DNA from: Bryobacteraceae bacterium
Lineage (GTDB): Bacteria > Acidobacteriota > Terriglobia > Bryobacterales > Bryobacteraceae
DNA length: 51,521 nucleotides
Assembly: GCA_049582585.1 (NCBI GenBank)
Contig: JBAUUG010000446.1
Span: forward strand, 1 to 51,521
Direction of reading: 5' to 3'
This document shows positions 9,293-19,474 of the stretch, in pieces; the stretch's first letter is position 1; the number at the start of each line of letters is the position of its first letter. Position numbers and translations under genes: made by a program. The notes beneath the pieces were generated by a model. It searched no databases. It saw only the letters and a program-made list of their open reading frames with translations, and had not been told where the DNA came from.

Positions 9293-10908
9293 GCGGGTCC
9301 AGCGTGCGGCAAGCCCAGGTTGAAGCGGAGGCGGTCGTAATCGATCAAGGGCTTGAAAAAATCGGGCTCCATCAAGGGCCAAACACCGGCGCGCTCCGCG
9401 GTTGATCCGTTGCGGTCGAGAAGCGCGTTCACCGCTCGCCGGGCCGCTTCGTTCGCAGCTTCCATACAGGCGACATCCGTGTAGGTCTTCACATAATCGG
9501 AGGCCAGGAAAAGATTGGGAATCTCAGTGGACGCTTCCGGCCGATATTGCAGTGAGCCTGACGTATTGATCATCAACGGCTCGAGATTCGTGACGGCCGT
9601 AGGATTCGGGAATTGCACGTCGGGATCGAGGAACCAGCTGAGAACATTGTCGTCGCGAGCGACTTCGGAACCGCCGATGTTGACGTGCACCTTGATTTGC
9701 GCCCACACCTCGCTCTCTATCTCATCGGCTGAGCACTGCATGGCGGTCTTGCCATAGACAATGCCCGGCGTTTCCCAATCCGAAATGTCAGCGGAGAGAA
9801 TGCCGCCGACCTTTCCGTCTCCGAAATTGGCGAGATCGACTTGGTTCCAAAACTGGCGTTGCGAAACGGAAGTAAGCGCCCAGGGGGAATCCGCGTAAAG
9901 CGAGTGCCCGTATTCGAGCGGCACATCTTGCGCGAGATAGAATTGAATGCCATTCATCCAGGCGGTATGGAGCTGATTAAGGTTCGCCAGCGAAGGAGCA
10001 AGCGCCTTTAGTCGATCATCGGCCAACTCCGCCATGATTTCGACGGGAAGGGCGCAGATATAGTAATCGGCTGTGATTTCGCGCGATTCCCCGTTAGTAT
10101 CCGCGATGACGGATGTTATTCCGCTTGATGATGTATTGAAGCATTTGATGGTTGTTCCGCTCTGAAAGAGGACGCCGCGCTGTGTCAGATACGAGACCCA
10201 CGGAGTTAACCACACATCGCTGGTAGGGCCACTGAGCAACCGGTCGAAGCCCCCGTAGGTCAGCAGCCCGAACACCAGCTGCAGGAATGTATAGCCGACT
10301 GTTCGAGTGCTGCCTTCCTGGGCACGAAGTGCTACGAGGGAACGAGTCAGGCCTTTGGCCAAGAGCGTCTGATAGGCCATTGAGCGGTTGGCGGCATCGA
10401 TGAAATTCCACCATGGAATCTGCTCGTACTCTGCGATTCTTCTCTCGGGACAGCTTGTCAAAAGCGTGAAGAGGCGGTCAACGAAAAAGAGGACTTCGTC
10501 GTCGGGAACTCCAATACCGGTGAAGAGCTCCTTGAAAGAGAGAGCCCAATCCTCGATGCTTTGAGGAATGCGCGCGGTCAGGATGAGCGGCGGCATCCCG
10601 GCGCGGGCGACGTGAATACGCGTAGCGTGGACCAGATTATTGAATACACTGACGTTTTCGGGATAAGGAATGCGCATCAGCGTATCGGGGAGGTGGCGAT
10701 AGAACGCTGGGAAAAAGCGAAAGCCGTGCTCACCGGGAAGATCCTTGCGGCTGTCTCTTCCGCTGTTGAGTACGGAGAGGCTTCGAGCTTTACCCCCGAA
10801 AACGTCTTTCTTTTCGTAGACGGAGACTTCGAATCCGCGCTCGATGAGTTCATGCGCGGCACTCAAGCCGCCCACCCCACCGCCCAACACGGCTACACGG
10901 ATTGGCAT
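9289..10908 (-). CDS. NAD(P)/FAD-dependent oxidoreductase (amine oxidase / phytoene desaturase-like)
   Basis: Start set at MPIRVAVLGGGVGGLSAAHELIERGFEVSVYEKKDVFGGKARS (Rossmann GxGxxG dinucleotide fold). The listed ORF extends 74 codons further upstream with no supporting features. Confidence 0.8.
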   Translation of the reverse strand: MPIRVAVLGGGVGGLSAAHELIERGFEVSVYEKKDVFGGKARSLSVLNSGRDSRKDLPGEHGFRFFPAFYRHLPDTLMRIPYPENVSVFNNLVHATRIHVARAGMPPLILTARIPQSIEDWALSFKELFTGIGVPDDEVLFFVDRLFTLLTSCPERRIAEYEQIPWWNFIDAANRSMAYQTLLAKGLTRSLVALRAQEGSTRTVGYTFLQLVFGLLTYGGFDRLLSGPTSDVWLTPWVSYLTQRGVLFQSGTTIKCFNTSSSGITSVIADTNGESREITADYYICALPVEIMAELADDRLKALAPSLANLNQLHTAWMNGIQFYLAQDVPLEYGHSLYADSPWALTSVSQRQFWNQVDLANFGDGKVGGILSADISDWETPGIVYGKTAMQCSADEIESEVWAQIKVHVNIGGSEVARDDNVLSWFLDPDVQFPNPTAVTNLEPLMINTSGSLQYRPEASTEIPNLFLASDYVKTYTDVACMEAANEAARRAVNALLDRNGSTAERAGVWPLMEPDFFKPLIDYDRLRFNLGLPHAGPA

Positions 10909-11221
10909 GATGTCTACTTTACTCCGAGAACTACACGAATACTGCCGCAAGCAGCGGCCCTCGCTCGAGAATTGAGATTCACGCGACCTTTTGCGGCGCC
11001 GGAGCTCAAAGAGTTGCGCTGAGGATCTGAACCTAGCAGTTATGCCAGTCGGCGGCGGGTAGCCCGACCTTTGGTTGGAGCCTAATGTGCAGCACAAGTT
11101 GCAGTGCCAGTCGCCAAACGCATCGGGCATGAACTAGGGCAGGATGATGTTGACGCTGCCACGGTTTGGTTGACGCAGCAACGTTCGCGCTGGGCGACTC
11201 CGAAGTGAAGGGAAACGCACA

Positions 11222-11506
11222 ATGAGGGCTCTTCGGTTCGATAGATTCGGCGATCTTTCCGTATTACAGATCAAGGAAGTTCCAGTTCCGATTCCAGGTC
11301 CCGGCGAGGTGTTGGTGAATTTCGCCGGAACTATCGTGACGGCCCGAATGAACTCATCGGACAAGAAGTCTGGGGCTCCGGGCGAGATGTCGGTTTTACT
11401 CGAGCAGGAAGTCATGCGGAGTACATCGTCGTTCCGCAAAGCGGCCGAGTACGGAATTGATCTCTCCCTCAGCAGCAAACGCGACGGGGTTGCGAAGAGG
11501 CATTGA
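11222..11506 (+). pseudogene. Decayed zinc-type alcohol dehydrogenase / quinone oxidoreductase remnant
   Basis: The first ~33 aa, MRALRFDRFGDLSVLQIKEVPVPIPGPGEVLV, are a typical MDR/QOR N-terminus, after which similarity is lost. A second frame reads GQEVWGSG..GSHAEYIVVPQ (QOR-like GD.V.G...G.YAEY.VVP). This implies an internal deletion plus a frameshift. Confidence 0.5.
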
Positions 11507-11853
11507 GTGCCAGTAGAGTTGCATTTTCACTCCGCCGTCCCACTGGATCACGTGAGTCGAATTATACTGCGCGCCCACTACAACGTCCTTTGTGGGGTCC
11601 AGCTTGTCTTCCGGAGAAGCAGTGAATGCGAAGTAAAAGTTGACAAAAGACAATGAACAGCAGTTTAAGCGCGAAACAATTGCTTCTGGAAAAAACGGGC
11701 ATGGGAGCTCCAATGTGCGCCAAAGATGAGTTGTTCTGACAACCGCACTGTAATCAGATACCGTTGAAGATAACTTCGAAGAACGGGCTATGTCTCGCGG
11801 CTGAATAACGCCTTTATCAACCAGCTCGATAAAGAGCCGAAAAGGAGAAGATC

Positions 11854-12342
11854 ATGATCCTGACTGCATTTACCATATTTCACGTCACATTGAGCCTGGT
11901 CGGAATAGGTTCAGGCTTCGTTGTTTTGTACGGCTTGCTCGCCGCCAAATGGTCCAGTGGCTGGAATACTCTTTTTCTGATCACCACGGTGGCTACCAGC
12001 GTGACCGGCTTCTTCTTTCCGGTCCATCGTTTCTTGCCTTCGCATGCTGTAGGCATTCTGTCGCTCCTTGTTCTGGGGATAGCGGTGGCCGCGCGTTATC
12101 GGTTCCACCTCGCCGGCGCTTGGCGCCGGACTTACGTAGTCACCGCCTTGATTGCACTGTATTTCAACGTCTTTGTCCTGGTGGTACAGATGTTCGAAAA
12201 GATACCTGCACTGAAGGCACTTGCACCGACCCAATCCGAGGCGCCATTCAAGCTGACTCAACTCGTCGTGCTGGTGCTGTTTGTTCTGCTTACTATGCGT
12301 GCCGCGGCCAAGTTCCACGACAAGCCGCTCCGCGCGACATGA
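11854..12342 (+). CDS. Hypothetical integral membrane protein (4-5 TM helices)
   Basis: Strong SD (AAAGGAGAAG) 5 nt upstream of the ATG. Four or five hydrophobic helices. No family recognised. Confidence 0.6.
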   Translation: MILTAFTIFHVTLSLVGIGSGFVVLYGLLAAKWSSGWNTLFLITTVATSVTGFFFPVHRFLPSHAVGILSLLVLGIAVAARYRFHLAGAWRRTYVVTALIALYFNVFVLVVQMFEKIPALKALAPTQSEAPFKLTQLVVLVLFVLLTMRAAAKFHDKPLRAT

Positions 12343-12384
12343 GTGGTGACATCGACCAAATCCAGTCTCACGGGAGAATAGGCA

Positions 12385-13929
12385 ATGGCCCACATTGCTA
12401 GGCCGCCGTGTGACGAAGCCGCGATTCTGGCCGCCTCATCGAACCCTTCCTCTATCAGGTTTGGCCCTTGGGTGCTCGCCGCCACCATACTTGGATCGAG
12501 TATGGCTTTTATCGATGGAACGGTAGTCAATGTCGCGCTTCCCGCGCTCCAGCGCGCTCTCGGCGCGACAGTTTCCGAAGTTCAATGGGTCGTCGAAAGC
12601 TATGCGCTTTTCTTAGCGGCTCTTCTCTTGCCGGGCGGCTCGCTCGGCGATCTGTATGGTCGCCGGAAAATCTTCGCAACGGGTGTTGTCTTGTTCGCTC
12701 TTGCATCCGCTTGGTGCGGCCTTGCCCCTAACGTGCAGCAACTCATAGCGGCCCGCGCATTACAAGGCGTCGGCGGTGCGCTGCTCGTCCCCGGAAGTCT
12801 TGCCTTGATCAGTTCCTCTTTTCCGGTTGAAGAACGCGGACGCGCAATCGGGACTTGGTCCGGCTTCACGGCCATTACTGCGGCGATCGGTCCCGTTCTC
12901 GGCGGATGGCTGATAGAACATCGATCTTGGCGCTGGGTGTTCTTCATCAATCTACCGATTGGTCTGATCGTTCTCGCCCTCACCCTACTGCGCGTTCCCG
13001 AAAGTCGCAATCCAGAACAGGCGGATCAGAGGGTCGATTGGATAGGCGCGCTGCTCGCCACGTGTGGATTAGGCGGTGTTGTATTCGCTCTTATCGAACC
13101 GGTTCACGCCCGGGTCGCCGCGCCGGTCGGACTTGCGGCTCTCGTGTCTTTCTTTTTCGTCGAACGACGCTCGCCGGCGCCGATGCTTTCCTTCGATTTG
13201 TTTCGCTCGCGCAACTTCAGTGGCGCCAACTTACTCACCCTGTTTCTCTATACCGCTCTCAGCGGTGTACTTTTCTTCTTTCCGCTGAATCTGATTCAAA
13301 TTCAGGGATATTCCGCTACCAAAGCGGGTGCGGCACTTCTACCATTCATTTTGCTGATGTTCGTGCTCTCGCGCTGGTCGGGTGGGCTGGTCCACCGCTA
13401 TGGAGCCAAGCCGCCGCTTGTAATAGGTCCGCTGATTGCGGGAATCGGCTTTGCTCTTTTTGCAAGACCCGGGATTGGGGGGAGTTATTGGAAGACGTTT
13501 TTTCCGGCAGTGGTAGTCCTTGGATTGGGGATGGCCGTAAGCGTCGCCCCGCTCACCACGACGGTAATGGACTCCGTTTCTCAGAACTACGCGGGAGCTG
13601 CCTCGGGAATTAACAATGCGGTGTCGCGAATCGCTGGGCTGCTGGCTATCGCCATTCTTGGTTTCTTGTTGATCACAGTCTTTAATCGAGATCTCGACAG
13701 ACGATTGAGTAGCCTTTCTGTGCCATCAGAAGTCGATTCGCAGCGATCGAAGCTTGCCGCTATTCAAATGACGAACACCGATGCTCGCAAAGCGATTAAT
13801 GAATCGTTTGTCGCCGGATATCGCACTCTGCTTTGGATTGCAGTCGCATTGTCGGTTGCAGGGTCGTTTAGTGCAGTATTCCTCATCGATCTGAAAAAAG
13901 GCAGAAACAACCCGACGACAACCGGCTAA
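12385..13929 (+). CDS. MFS transporter, DHA2 (EmrB/QacA, 14-TM) drug:H+ antiporter family
   Basis: 514 aa with about 14 hydrophobic segments. MFS motifs [11 protein letters not shown] and [20 protein letters not shown]. Confidence 0.85.
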   Translation: MAHIARPPCDEAAILAASSNPSSIRFGPWVLAATILGSSMAFIDGTVVNVALPALQRALGATVSEVQWVVESYALFLAALLLPGGSLGDLYGRRKIFATGVVLFALASAWCGLAPNVQQLIAARALQGVGGALLVPGSLALISSSFPVEERGRAIGTWSGFTAITAAIGPVLGGWLIEHRSWRWVFFINLPIGLIVLALTLLRVPESRNPEQADQRVDWIGALLATCGLGGVVFALIEPVHARVAAPVGLAALVSFFFVERRSPAPMLSFDLFRSRNFSGANLLTLFLYTALSGVLFFFPLNLIQIQGYSATKAGAALLPFILLMFVLSRWSGGLVHRYGAKPPLVIGPLIAGIGFALFARPGIGGSYWKTFFPAVVVLGLGMAVSVAPLTTTVMDSVSQNYAGAASGINNAVSRIAGLLAIAILGFLLITVFNRDLDRRLSSLSVPSEVDSQRSKLAAIQMTNTDARKAINESFVAGYRTLLWIAVALSVAGSFSAVFLIDLKKGRNNPTTTG

Positions 13930-13952
13930 GCGATAGGCGCCGCGGACAAACC

Positions 13953-15308
13953 TTACCGGGCGTGTTGCGGGTCCGAAGCGGGATCGATGTAGCGCGTTGA
14001 CGATGGTCCGACCCCCGTGATCTGCACGATGACAGCTTCCTCGCGGGTCTCGGCGAAATGTGCGCGATGTGATGGCTCCGTGTAGAAGCTGCCCGCGGGA
14101 AGCGGCCTTAGGTCCGCACTGTTAAATGAGTCGCCATACCCGATATACCAGGTGCCCGAGACAACGGTTGCGACATGATCGTCCATGTGTTCGTGAGCAG
14201 CAATGCGGGTGTGCGCCGGAATCCGCAGCATGATCGTATAAAGACCATCGCGGTCCGGGTCGCCCTTCAGGACGACAGTTCGGATGCCGGACACTCCCGA
14301 AGTGCCAGTTCCGGGCGCGCCCTGGGGAAATGCGAATTCGGCCGGTGTGACGCGCCGCTCGCCGGCGGAAAGAACCGGCGGGGGTGACGGCGGAAGACGA
14401 TCCTGAAGGAAGTCCTGGATCAGCGCAATGGTATACGCGGGGCTCTCCTCCATCAGCCAATGTCCAGCGCCGGGGACTACTGCTTCACGCACGTTCGTCG
14501 CGACGTTGCGCATCACGACAGCCTCGGTCGCGCCAAACGATTTCTCGCCACCAACAGCAAGTACGGGCATGGTCAACGTCGTTCGCTGAAAGACCCTGTT
14601 GTCTTCCACGTCTTGTGAGAAGGCGGTGAACTGTGCGAAACCTGCTCGCATCGCACCAGGCTGAGCGTACTGCGCCGCGTAGAATGCTCGGGTCGACTCA
14701 TCGGGCTGGTTCGGGTCGCCCGTGAAGGCATTCCAGATGCGGTCTAGATAGATTCGCTCGCGTCCTTGCACCAGGCGCTCGGCGTCGGGGCCATGGAACG
14801 AGAAATGCCACAGTGCAGGATTTCGCACGATCTCATCCCACGGCGCGATACCCGGGATGGGCGCGTCCATGACGACGAGCCGTTCCACTTTATCCGGGTA
14901 GCGTGACGCATAGGCATAGGCGACCATGATGCCGATATCATGCGAAACCACGGACGCGCGGTCGTAGCCGAGCGCAGTGACGACCGCCCGGATATCCGCG
15001 GCCTGCGTCTTCTTGTCATAACCTGCAGTGGGACGAGACGAGCGTCCGATACCACGCAAGTCCGGCACGATGACGGTGTAGCTTTTGGCGAGCACGGCGG
15101 CGAGCGGACCCCAGGAATCGCTGGTTTCGGCGTAGCCGTGAAGAAGCACCACAACCGGGCCGGAACCACCGTAGCGGACGAAAATGTCCGCACCTTCCGG
15201 ACTTGCGATTGTCTGCGATTTAAACGTTGAGGGCAGCGAAGGTTGTGCCGCGGCGGCAAATGGGAGCCCGAGGCCGAGCGCGATGACGACGAGATTCCGT
15301 TTGATCAT
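13953..15308 (-). CDS. Secreted alpha/beta-hydrolase (epoxide hydrolase/haloalkane dehalogenase-like) fused to a C-terminal cupin domain
   Basis: Start at MIKRNLVVIALGLGLPFAAAAQ, preceded by AGGAGA. HGYAETSDSW, nucleophile elbow VVSHDIG and GAGHWLMEE. C-terminal HEHMDDHVATVVSGTW..EPSHRAHF is cupin-like. Confidence 0.8.
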   Translation of the reverse strand: MIKRNLVVIALGLGLPFAAAAQPSLPSTFKSQTIASPEGADIFVRYGGSGPVVVLLHGYAETSDSWGPLAAVLAKSYTVIVPDLRGIGRSSRPTAGYDKKTQAADIRAVVTALGYDRASVVSHDIGIMVAYAYASRYPDKVERLVVMDAPIPGIAPWDEIVRNPALWHFSFHGPDAERLVQGRERIYLDRIWNAFTGDPNQPDESTRAFYAAQYAQPGAMRAGFAQFTAFSQDVEDNRVFQRTTLTMPVLAVGGEKSFGATEAVVMRNVATNVREAVVPGAGHWLMEESPAYTIALIQDFLQDRLPPSPPPVLSAGERRVTPAEFAFPQGAPGTGTSGVSGIRTVVLKGDPDRDGLYTIMLRIPAHTRIAAHEHMDDHVATVVSGTWYIGYGDSFNSADLRPLPAGSFYTEPSHRAHFAETREEAVIVQITGVGPSSTRYIDPASDPQHAR

Positions 15309-15613
15309 GATGTCTCCTGATTCGACCTGAAGAGAGTGGCTGGTACGCGAATACCGGAAATGTGTGATGTAAATTGCTTCCACGAATCCCGCTCGTTGGC
15401 GTCCGTGGGCTTTAACAGTAGCGCCGTTTAGTGGTAAACGCTGCCGCGCCATTGGGCTCAGCCGTAAAGAGTCCGCCTCGCTGCGGTCTCGTACATTAAG
15501 TTTCCCGACGCCGACGCGTGGGCGTGGTGTAATTGGCTACCCCAGTAGATTTACCCAAAGGAGCCCTGCAACCAACTCAGGCTGCCGGAATCCAATGGAA
15601 CTGGGCGATCACA

Positions 15614-16078
15614 ATGCCGAACTATCTCAAAACTCCCGAAGCCATCTCACAACTTTCTGCAGAGCAGTACGACCTGACGCAGCGTAACGGGACGGAACCT
15701 CCTTTTAAGAACACCTATTGGGACAACAAAGAACCAGGTCTCTACGTCGACGTGGTATCGGGCGAACCTTTATTTACTTCGATGGATAAGTTCGACAGTG
15801 ACTGTGGTTGGCCGAGTTTTACGAAGCCCGTCGACGCCGAAAATGTCGTTGAGAAGCGCGATGCCAGCCATGGCATGATCCGGACGGAGGTTCGGTCGAG
15901 CTCTGGTGATAGTCGTCTAGGCCATGTATTCCCCGATGGCCCTCGGGAAACCGGCGGCCTGCGCTACTGCATCAATTCCGCTTCGCTACGCTTCATTCCG
16001 GTCGACCGGCTGGAAAGCGAAGGCTACGGCAGCTACAGGCAGCGGTTCCAAACGTCAGAAGAAGGAGTGAAGAAATAA
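15614..16078 (+). CDS. msrB: Peptide-methionine (R)-S-oxide reductase MsrB (zinc-less form)
   Basis: [41 protein letters not shown] and [13 protein letters not shown]. The two CxxC zinc motifs are absent (form 2). Start set at MPNYLK. Confidence 0.9.
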   Translation: MPNYLKTPEAISQLSAEQYDLTQRNGTEPPFKNTYWDNKEPGLYVDVVSGEPLFTSMDKFDSDCGWPSFTKPVDAENVVEKRDASHGMIRTEVRSSSGDSRLGHVFPDGPRETGGLRYCINSASLRFIPVDRLESEGYGSYRQRFQTSEEGVKK

Positions 16079-16079
16079 C

Positions 16080-16202
16080 GTGTCCACGGAAACTGCCATT
16101 GTTGCGGGCGCCTGCTTCTGGGGTAACCCCGCTCTCGCTCCGGAAACACTCGAAGCAAGACATTACCGAAAAACATACTTCAAGCTGCCGAACGATTCCT
16201 GA
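16080..16202 (+). pseudogene. Possible msrA 5' remnant (41 codons)
   Basis: A GTG one nt after the msrB stop opens VSTETAIVAGACFWG, which matches the MsrA active-site motif GxCFWG. Similarity ends right after it and a stop follows at 16200-16202. Confidence 0.4.
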
Positions 16203-16292
16203 ACGCTGGGCGACTGTCACGACCTTATCAACAGAAGGCCGCTTCAAAAGCCGCTTCTCCTCGGTCTTGAGTCGCGATGGGTCAGGTTCGAG

Positions 16293-17378
16293 TTAGGGTC
16301 GCATTGCCCACGCTAAACCGTCCGGCTCGCCGCCAACATCGATGTGGCCGGTGACCTGTAACGTTTTCAAGTCCAGTACAGCGACGTAGTTGTCAGGCCC
16401 ACAAGAGATGAAGGCACGATTACCCTCGCTATCGATCAGAATGCCGGCGGCTCCGTGGCCGATTGGCACTCGCTTGAATTCCTTGCGCGACTTTGCATCA
16501 TAGATCACGAGATCGCCATCGCCCAGACGTGAAATCAGCACGAGATTTCCATCAGGAGTGAACTTCAGCCGATTTGCCCCAAAAGTCTTCGCGTCCAGTG
16601 TTGCCGTCACGCTCCGTGTCGCGAGGTCAATCACCGAGAGCGTGCCGTCCTGCGCATTTGCAGTCCACAACTCGCGTGCATCCGGCGATACGTCAAAACC
16701 TTCATCGCCTTTGCCGACCAAAATGACTGTCTCATTCCAATCCATACGCGGTCGATTCCCCCCGGGCGGGGCTTGAGGAGGCGGTGAGCCCTGTGGCGGC
16801 CGCATTCCGGGAGGAGGTCCCATCGGGGGCAGAACCACTTTTTCTAGAATGCTGACGCTTCCGGAGCTTACGTTAGTTGTGTAGATTTGTTTCTGGTCCG
16901 GCGTGACATAGATCATGTGTGTCCGGTTCTGGCCGGTGCCCATGATCCAGTCGATCTTACTGGACACGGGATCATAGGTCGCAATGGCCTTTGCGCCTTC
17001 GGCCGTGAACCAGAGCTTTCCTCCCACAAACGCGAGACCGTGCGGGCCATTCAAGGGTCCGGTATCGATGTCGGGTAGCGCTTTCTGTCCGACCAGGTCG
17101 ATAACCGACAGAGCGTGATAGCGCCCACCCCCATAGATTGAGACATAAGCCGTCTTCCCATCGGAAGATGCGATCACCTCATGAGGGTCCGGACCCACGG
17201 GAGCCCTTGCGATGACCTGCAGCGCATTCGGGTCCACAATGGCGAGTGTATGATTACGTTTCGAGAGCGCCAACAGGGACCGGGTTGGGGGTGCCTGAGC
17301 AAGGGCTCCAATCGCGACGCAGAGGCTAATTGCCCAAGCGGCCGCCAAGCGCATCTTAGGAATTCTTGATCGCATCAT
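16293..17378 (-). CDS. Secreted YVTN-type / cytochrome-D1-like beta-propeller repeat protein with a Pro-rich insert
   Basis: Signal peptide MRLAAAWAISLCVAIGALAQA. Repeated blades (LAIVDPNALQV, YVSIYGG, LSVIDL, VSILE, VAVLDLKTLQV). Insert PPMGPPPGMRPPQGSPPPQAPPGGNRP. Start is uncertain (17378 or 17354); the listed 17411 start overlaps the upstream gene. Confidence 0.7.
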   Translation of the reverse strand: MMRSRIPKMRLAAAWAISLCVAIGALAQAPPTRSLLALSKRNHTLAIVDPNALQVIARAPVGPDPHEVIASSDGKTAYVSIYGGGRYHALSVIDLVGQKALPDIDTGPLNGPHGLAFVGGKLWFTAEGAKAIATYDPVSSKIDWIMGTGQNRTHMIYVTPDQKQIYTTNVSSGSVSILEKVVLPPMGPPPGMRPPQGSPPPQAPPGGNRPRMDWNETVILVGKGDEGFDVSPDARELWTANAQDGTLSVIDLATRSVTATLDAKTFGANRLKFTPDGNLVLISRLGDGDLVIYDAKSRKEFKRVPIGHGAAGILIDSEGNRAFISCGPDNYVAVLDLKTLQVTGHIDVGGEPDGLAWAMRP

Positions 17379-17379
17379 T

Positions 17380-17913
17380 CTAGTTTGAGTTGTTGGTGAA
17401 CGCGCGTCCATAGTCGTTCGTAGGATCGCGGTACATGGTATGAAGATGCATGGTCGGATCGCCGCCCACGCCTTGAGGCGAAAACTCGATGATTAGCTTC
17501 GGCCCCTGAATGCGGTAGTACGAGGCGCCGTTTCTCCCGGGCTCGTGCGTAGTCGGTCCACTCCAGGCAAAATAGGTCTCATCCAGGCCAGCCTTGATCT
17601 CTGCCATTCGCGGTTTCGCATAGGCATCGTTGACAATGCCCGCCCACTCCGAGATCACATCGAGCAGCATGGTCCGCTGTTTCTCGTTCATCGCAGCCGC
17701 CTTCAGACCTTCAGGCTGAATGGTCTCCCCCGCGTGTCCCGGGCCGGCCACTAAGTCGTCTATGCGGTAGTTCAGAATGGCCTGCTTCCGTTGGCTCTCA
17801 TCCAGCGCATTCAGTAGCGCGAATGCCTTGTCATTCTCCTCAGCCAGTACCCTCACGGTTTTGCCATTGGAAGTGTAGACCGCGGGCTGAGCACCAGTCA
17901 GAGTAGGTGTCAT
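17380..17913 (-). pseudogene. DUF3500-family protein, C-terminal half only (N-terminally truncated copy)
   Basis: From MTPTLTGAQPAVYTSNGKTV onward it aligns with the second half of the full-length paralogue at 49590-50731, ending HLHTMYRDPTNDYG. The 87 codons upstream in the listed ORF (to 18174) have no similarity. The ATG at 17913 has an AAAGGA SD, so a shortened product is possible. Confidence 0.6.
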
Positions 17914-18058
17914 CCTTTCAGAACGATGGTCGCCGAAGAATAGGCGATAGTGGCTTGCGGGACGGCTCACGGGTCGTCTTAAAGACAAGTCCGTTATGAG
18001 ACAGACCGAAGGCTCGCCCGCTTTGTAATATGACTTTGGATCACGGAAAATAGTCGGT

Positions 18059-18436
18059 ATGGCTCCCTTTGCCGTTGTAGCCGTTGGGTTCGTATTTCTC
18101 CTTGACAAGCTGGCGTGGAATACGAAGAGGCCAATGCTCGAGAATACAACTCGGGCGATCGTCAATTTTTTCACCTTGGTGGTGCTGGTCTACCTAATTA
18201 TGGTGCTATTGACATGGCAGGACAAAGGTGCACCTGCTCGAAATGCCAATCAATCACCACTATTTGTATTTTTCTGCATTGCTTTTGCGGCATACGAAGC
18301 GGTGTTTCTGGTCAATGCCATAAAGAAACTCTTAGAGAGAAGAGTTGGCCCGGCCAGCCCAGCAAAGACGCTACCTGCATTGTGGCAAAGTATCGCTGGC
18401 TCCATAATCGTACCCGTGATGGCTCTCGGTGCATAG
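18059..18436 (+). CDS. Hypothetical small membrane protein in an AT-richer insert
   Basis: ORF with 3 hydrophobic helices. No family recognised. Overlaps the unsupported 5' extension of the DUF3500 ORF. Confidence 0.3.
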   Translation: MAPFAVVAVGFVFLLDKLAWNTKRPMLENTTRAIVNFFTLVVLVYLIMVLLTWQDKGAPARNANQSPLFVFFCIAFAAYEAVFLVNAIKKLLERRVGPASPAKTLPALWQSIAGSIIVPVMALGA

Positions 18437-18526
18437 GCAAATTACACAGCGGGCATACGACAGGCCGCCGTCGCGTCACAATTCAACCCTATCCTGACGG
18501 CAATTGACGAACGCGAAGATACAACA

Positions 18527-18946
18527 GTGGCTACAGTCCCGCCTAACGTTACGGGAAAACTACTGCTGCTCTATCGAAATTCAAAAGCGTTTCCATACAT
18601 TGTGGAGGATGCAACAATTCCGGGGTATCGCCGCCCGCGCCGCCTTGATGATGTGGGAACTGTTGCTGTGGCGACTTACGATGAGAAGGTAGTTCGGACT
18701 TATGCGTCAGGAGACATCGACTTGCAGTGGATCGTCAGGTGCGAGCTATTTAACTGGCCACAAGATACTTTGACAAATTCTGCAATATTTCATGGCAGCG
18801 AGCCTGACAATCGCGAAGGCCACCTAGCTGGTGGCGGGGAGCGGCACGGGAGCAAGCCGAGTTGCAGTCAACGGCTCAATCTCACAAAGTCACAAAATCG
18901 GTCCTTGTTAGGAAACCGGCTTTGGCCTGTAGCGTATCTCCACTAA
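18527..18946 (+). CDS. Hypothetical protein
   Basis: 139-aa ORF with a GTG start, in an AT-richer region. No recognisable motifs. Confidence 0.25.
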   Translation: MATVPPNVTGKLLLLYRNSKAFPYIVEDATIPGYRRPRRLDDVGTVAVATYDEKVVRTYASGDIDLQWIVRCELFNWPQDTLTNSAIFHGSEPDNREGHLAGGGERHGSKPSCSQRLNLTKSQNRSLLGNRLWPVAYLH

Positions 18947-18973
18947 TCCAGTTTCCGAAGTCTCAAATGCAGG

Positions 18974-19474
18974 TCAAGCGTGGCATCGCCGGTCCTCACC
19001 ATTTCGTCGAAGGCTTGCTATTGCAACGCGTTTCTCTCCGTCGCTAACGATCTGGCGTCGAATCGTGCCGACGGTCGCACCTGCCACATCAGCTACCTCG
19101 CTCTCTAACCAGTTGGGCGGCCTGATGTCCAGCAGTCTGGCAACTGGTCCATTGCGTCTCAAAATCCATTTGTCCGTATAGTCGGCTTTGCTGAGATTGG
19201 CGGCCAACAGCGCTTCGATAGTTCACCGTCGCGATAAATCGCCCAGTATGGAGTTGGCGCGCGATTGTGGACGGATCAACCCGTCGCAGGAAAGAATTCC
19301 GAGATACGTTCTGCGACACGCCGCTAACCCAACTTCAACCGAAGGTCGCCGTGCCGATCTCATCAAAAGCTGTCGGTAACAGCCCTTCTCACCAACTCGG
19401 TCCTGATAAGCCCCAATATTCGCAACCAAGTGGGCGCGCGGGATTAAGATTAGTCGGGGAAATCCGCATTGCAT
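18974..19474 (-). pseudogene. ParB/Srx-like plus HTH gene with one in-frame TGA
   Basis: ORFs 19223-19474 and 18974-19207 share one frame and are separated only by the TGA at 19223-19225 (..ILGDLSRR*TIEALLAANLSKADYTD..). GDLSRR and AANLSKADY resemble the ParB GERR and ENLQRxDL boxes. NWLESEVADVAGATVGTIRRQI resembles the ParB HTH. Confidence 0.3.

Noticed and set aside
11396-11713. 105-aa minus-strand ORF as a real small secreted protein.
   Set aside because: No SD or family motif. The signal-peptide-like segment is in a different frame from the ORF body. It overlaps the decayed QOR remnant. Mentioned only under that finding.
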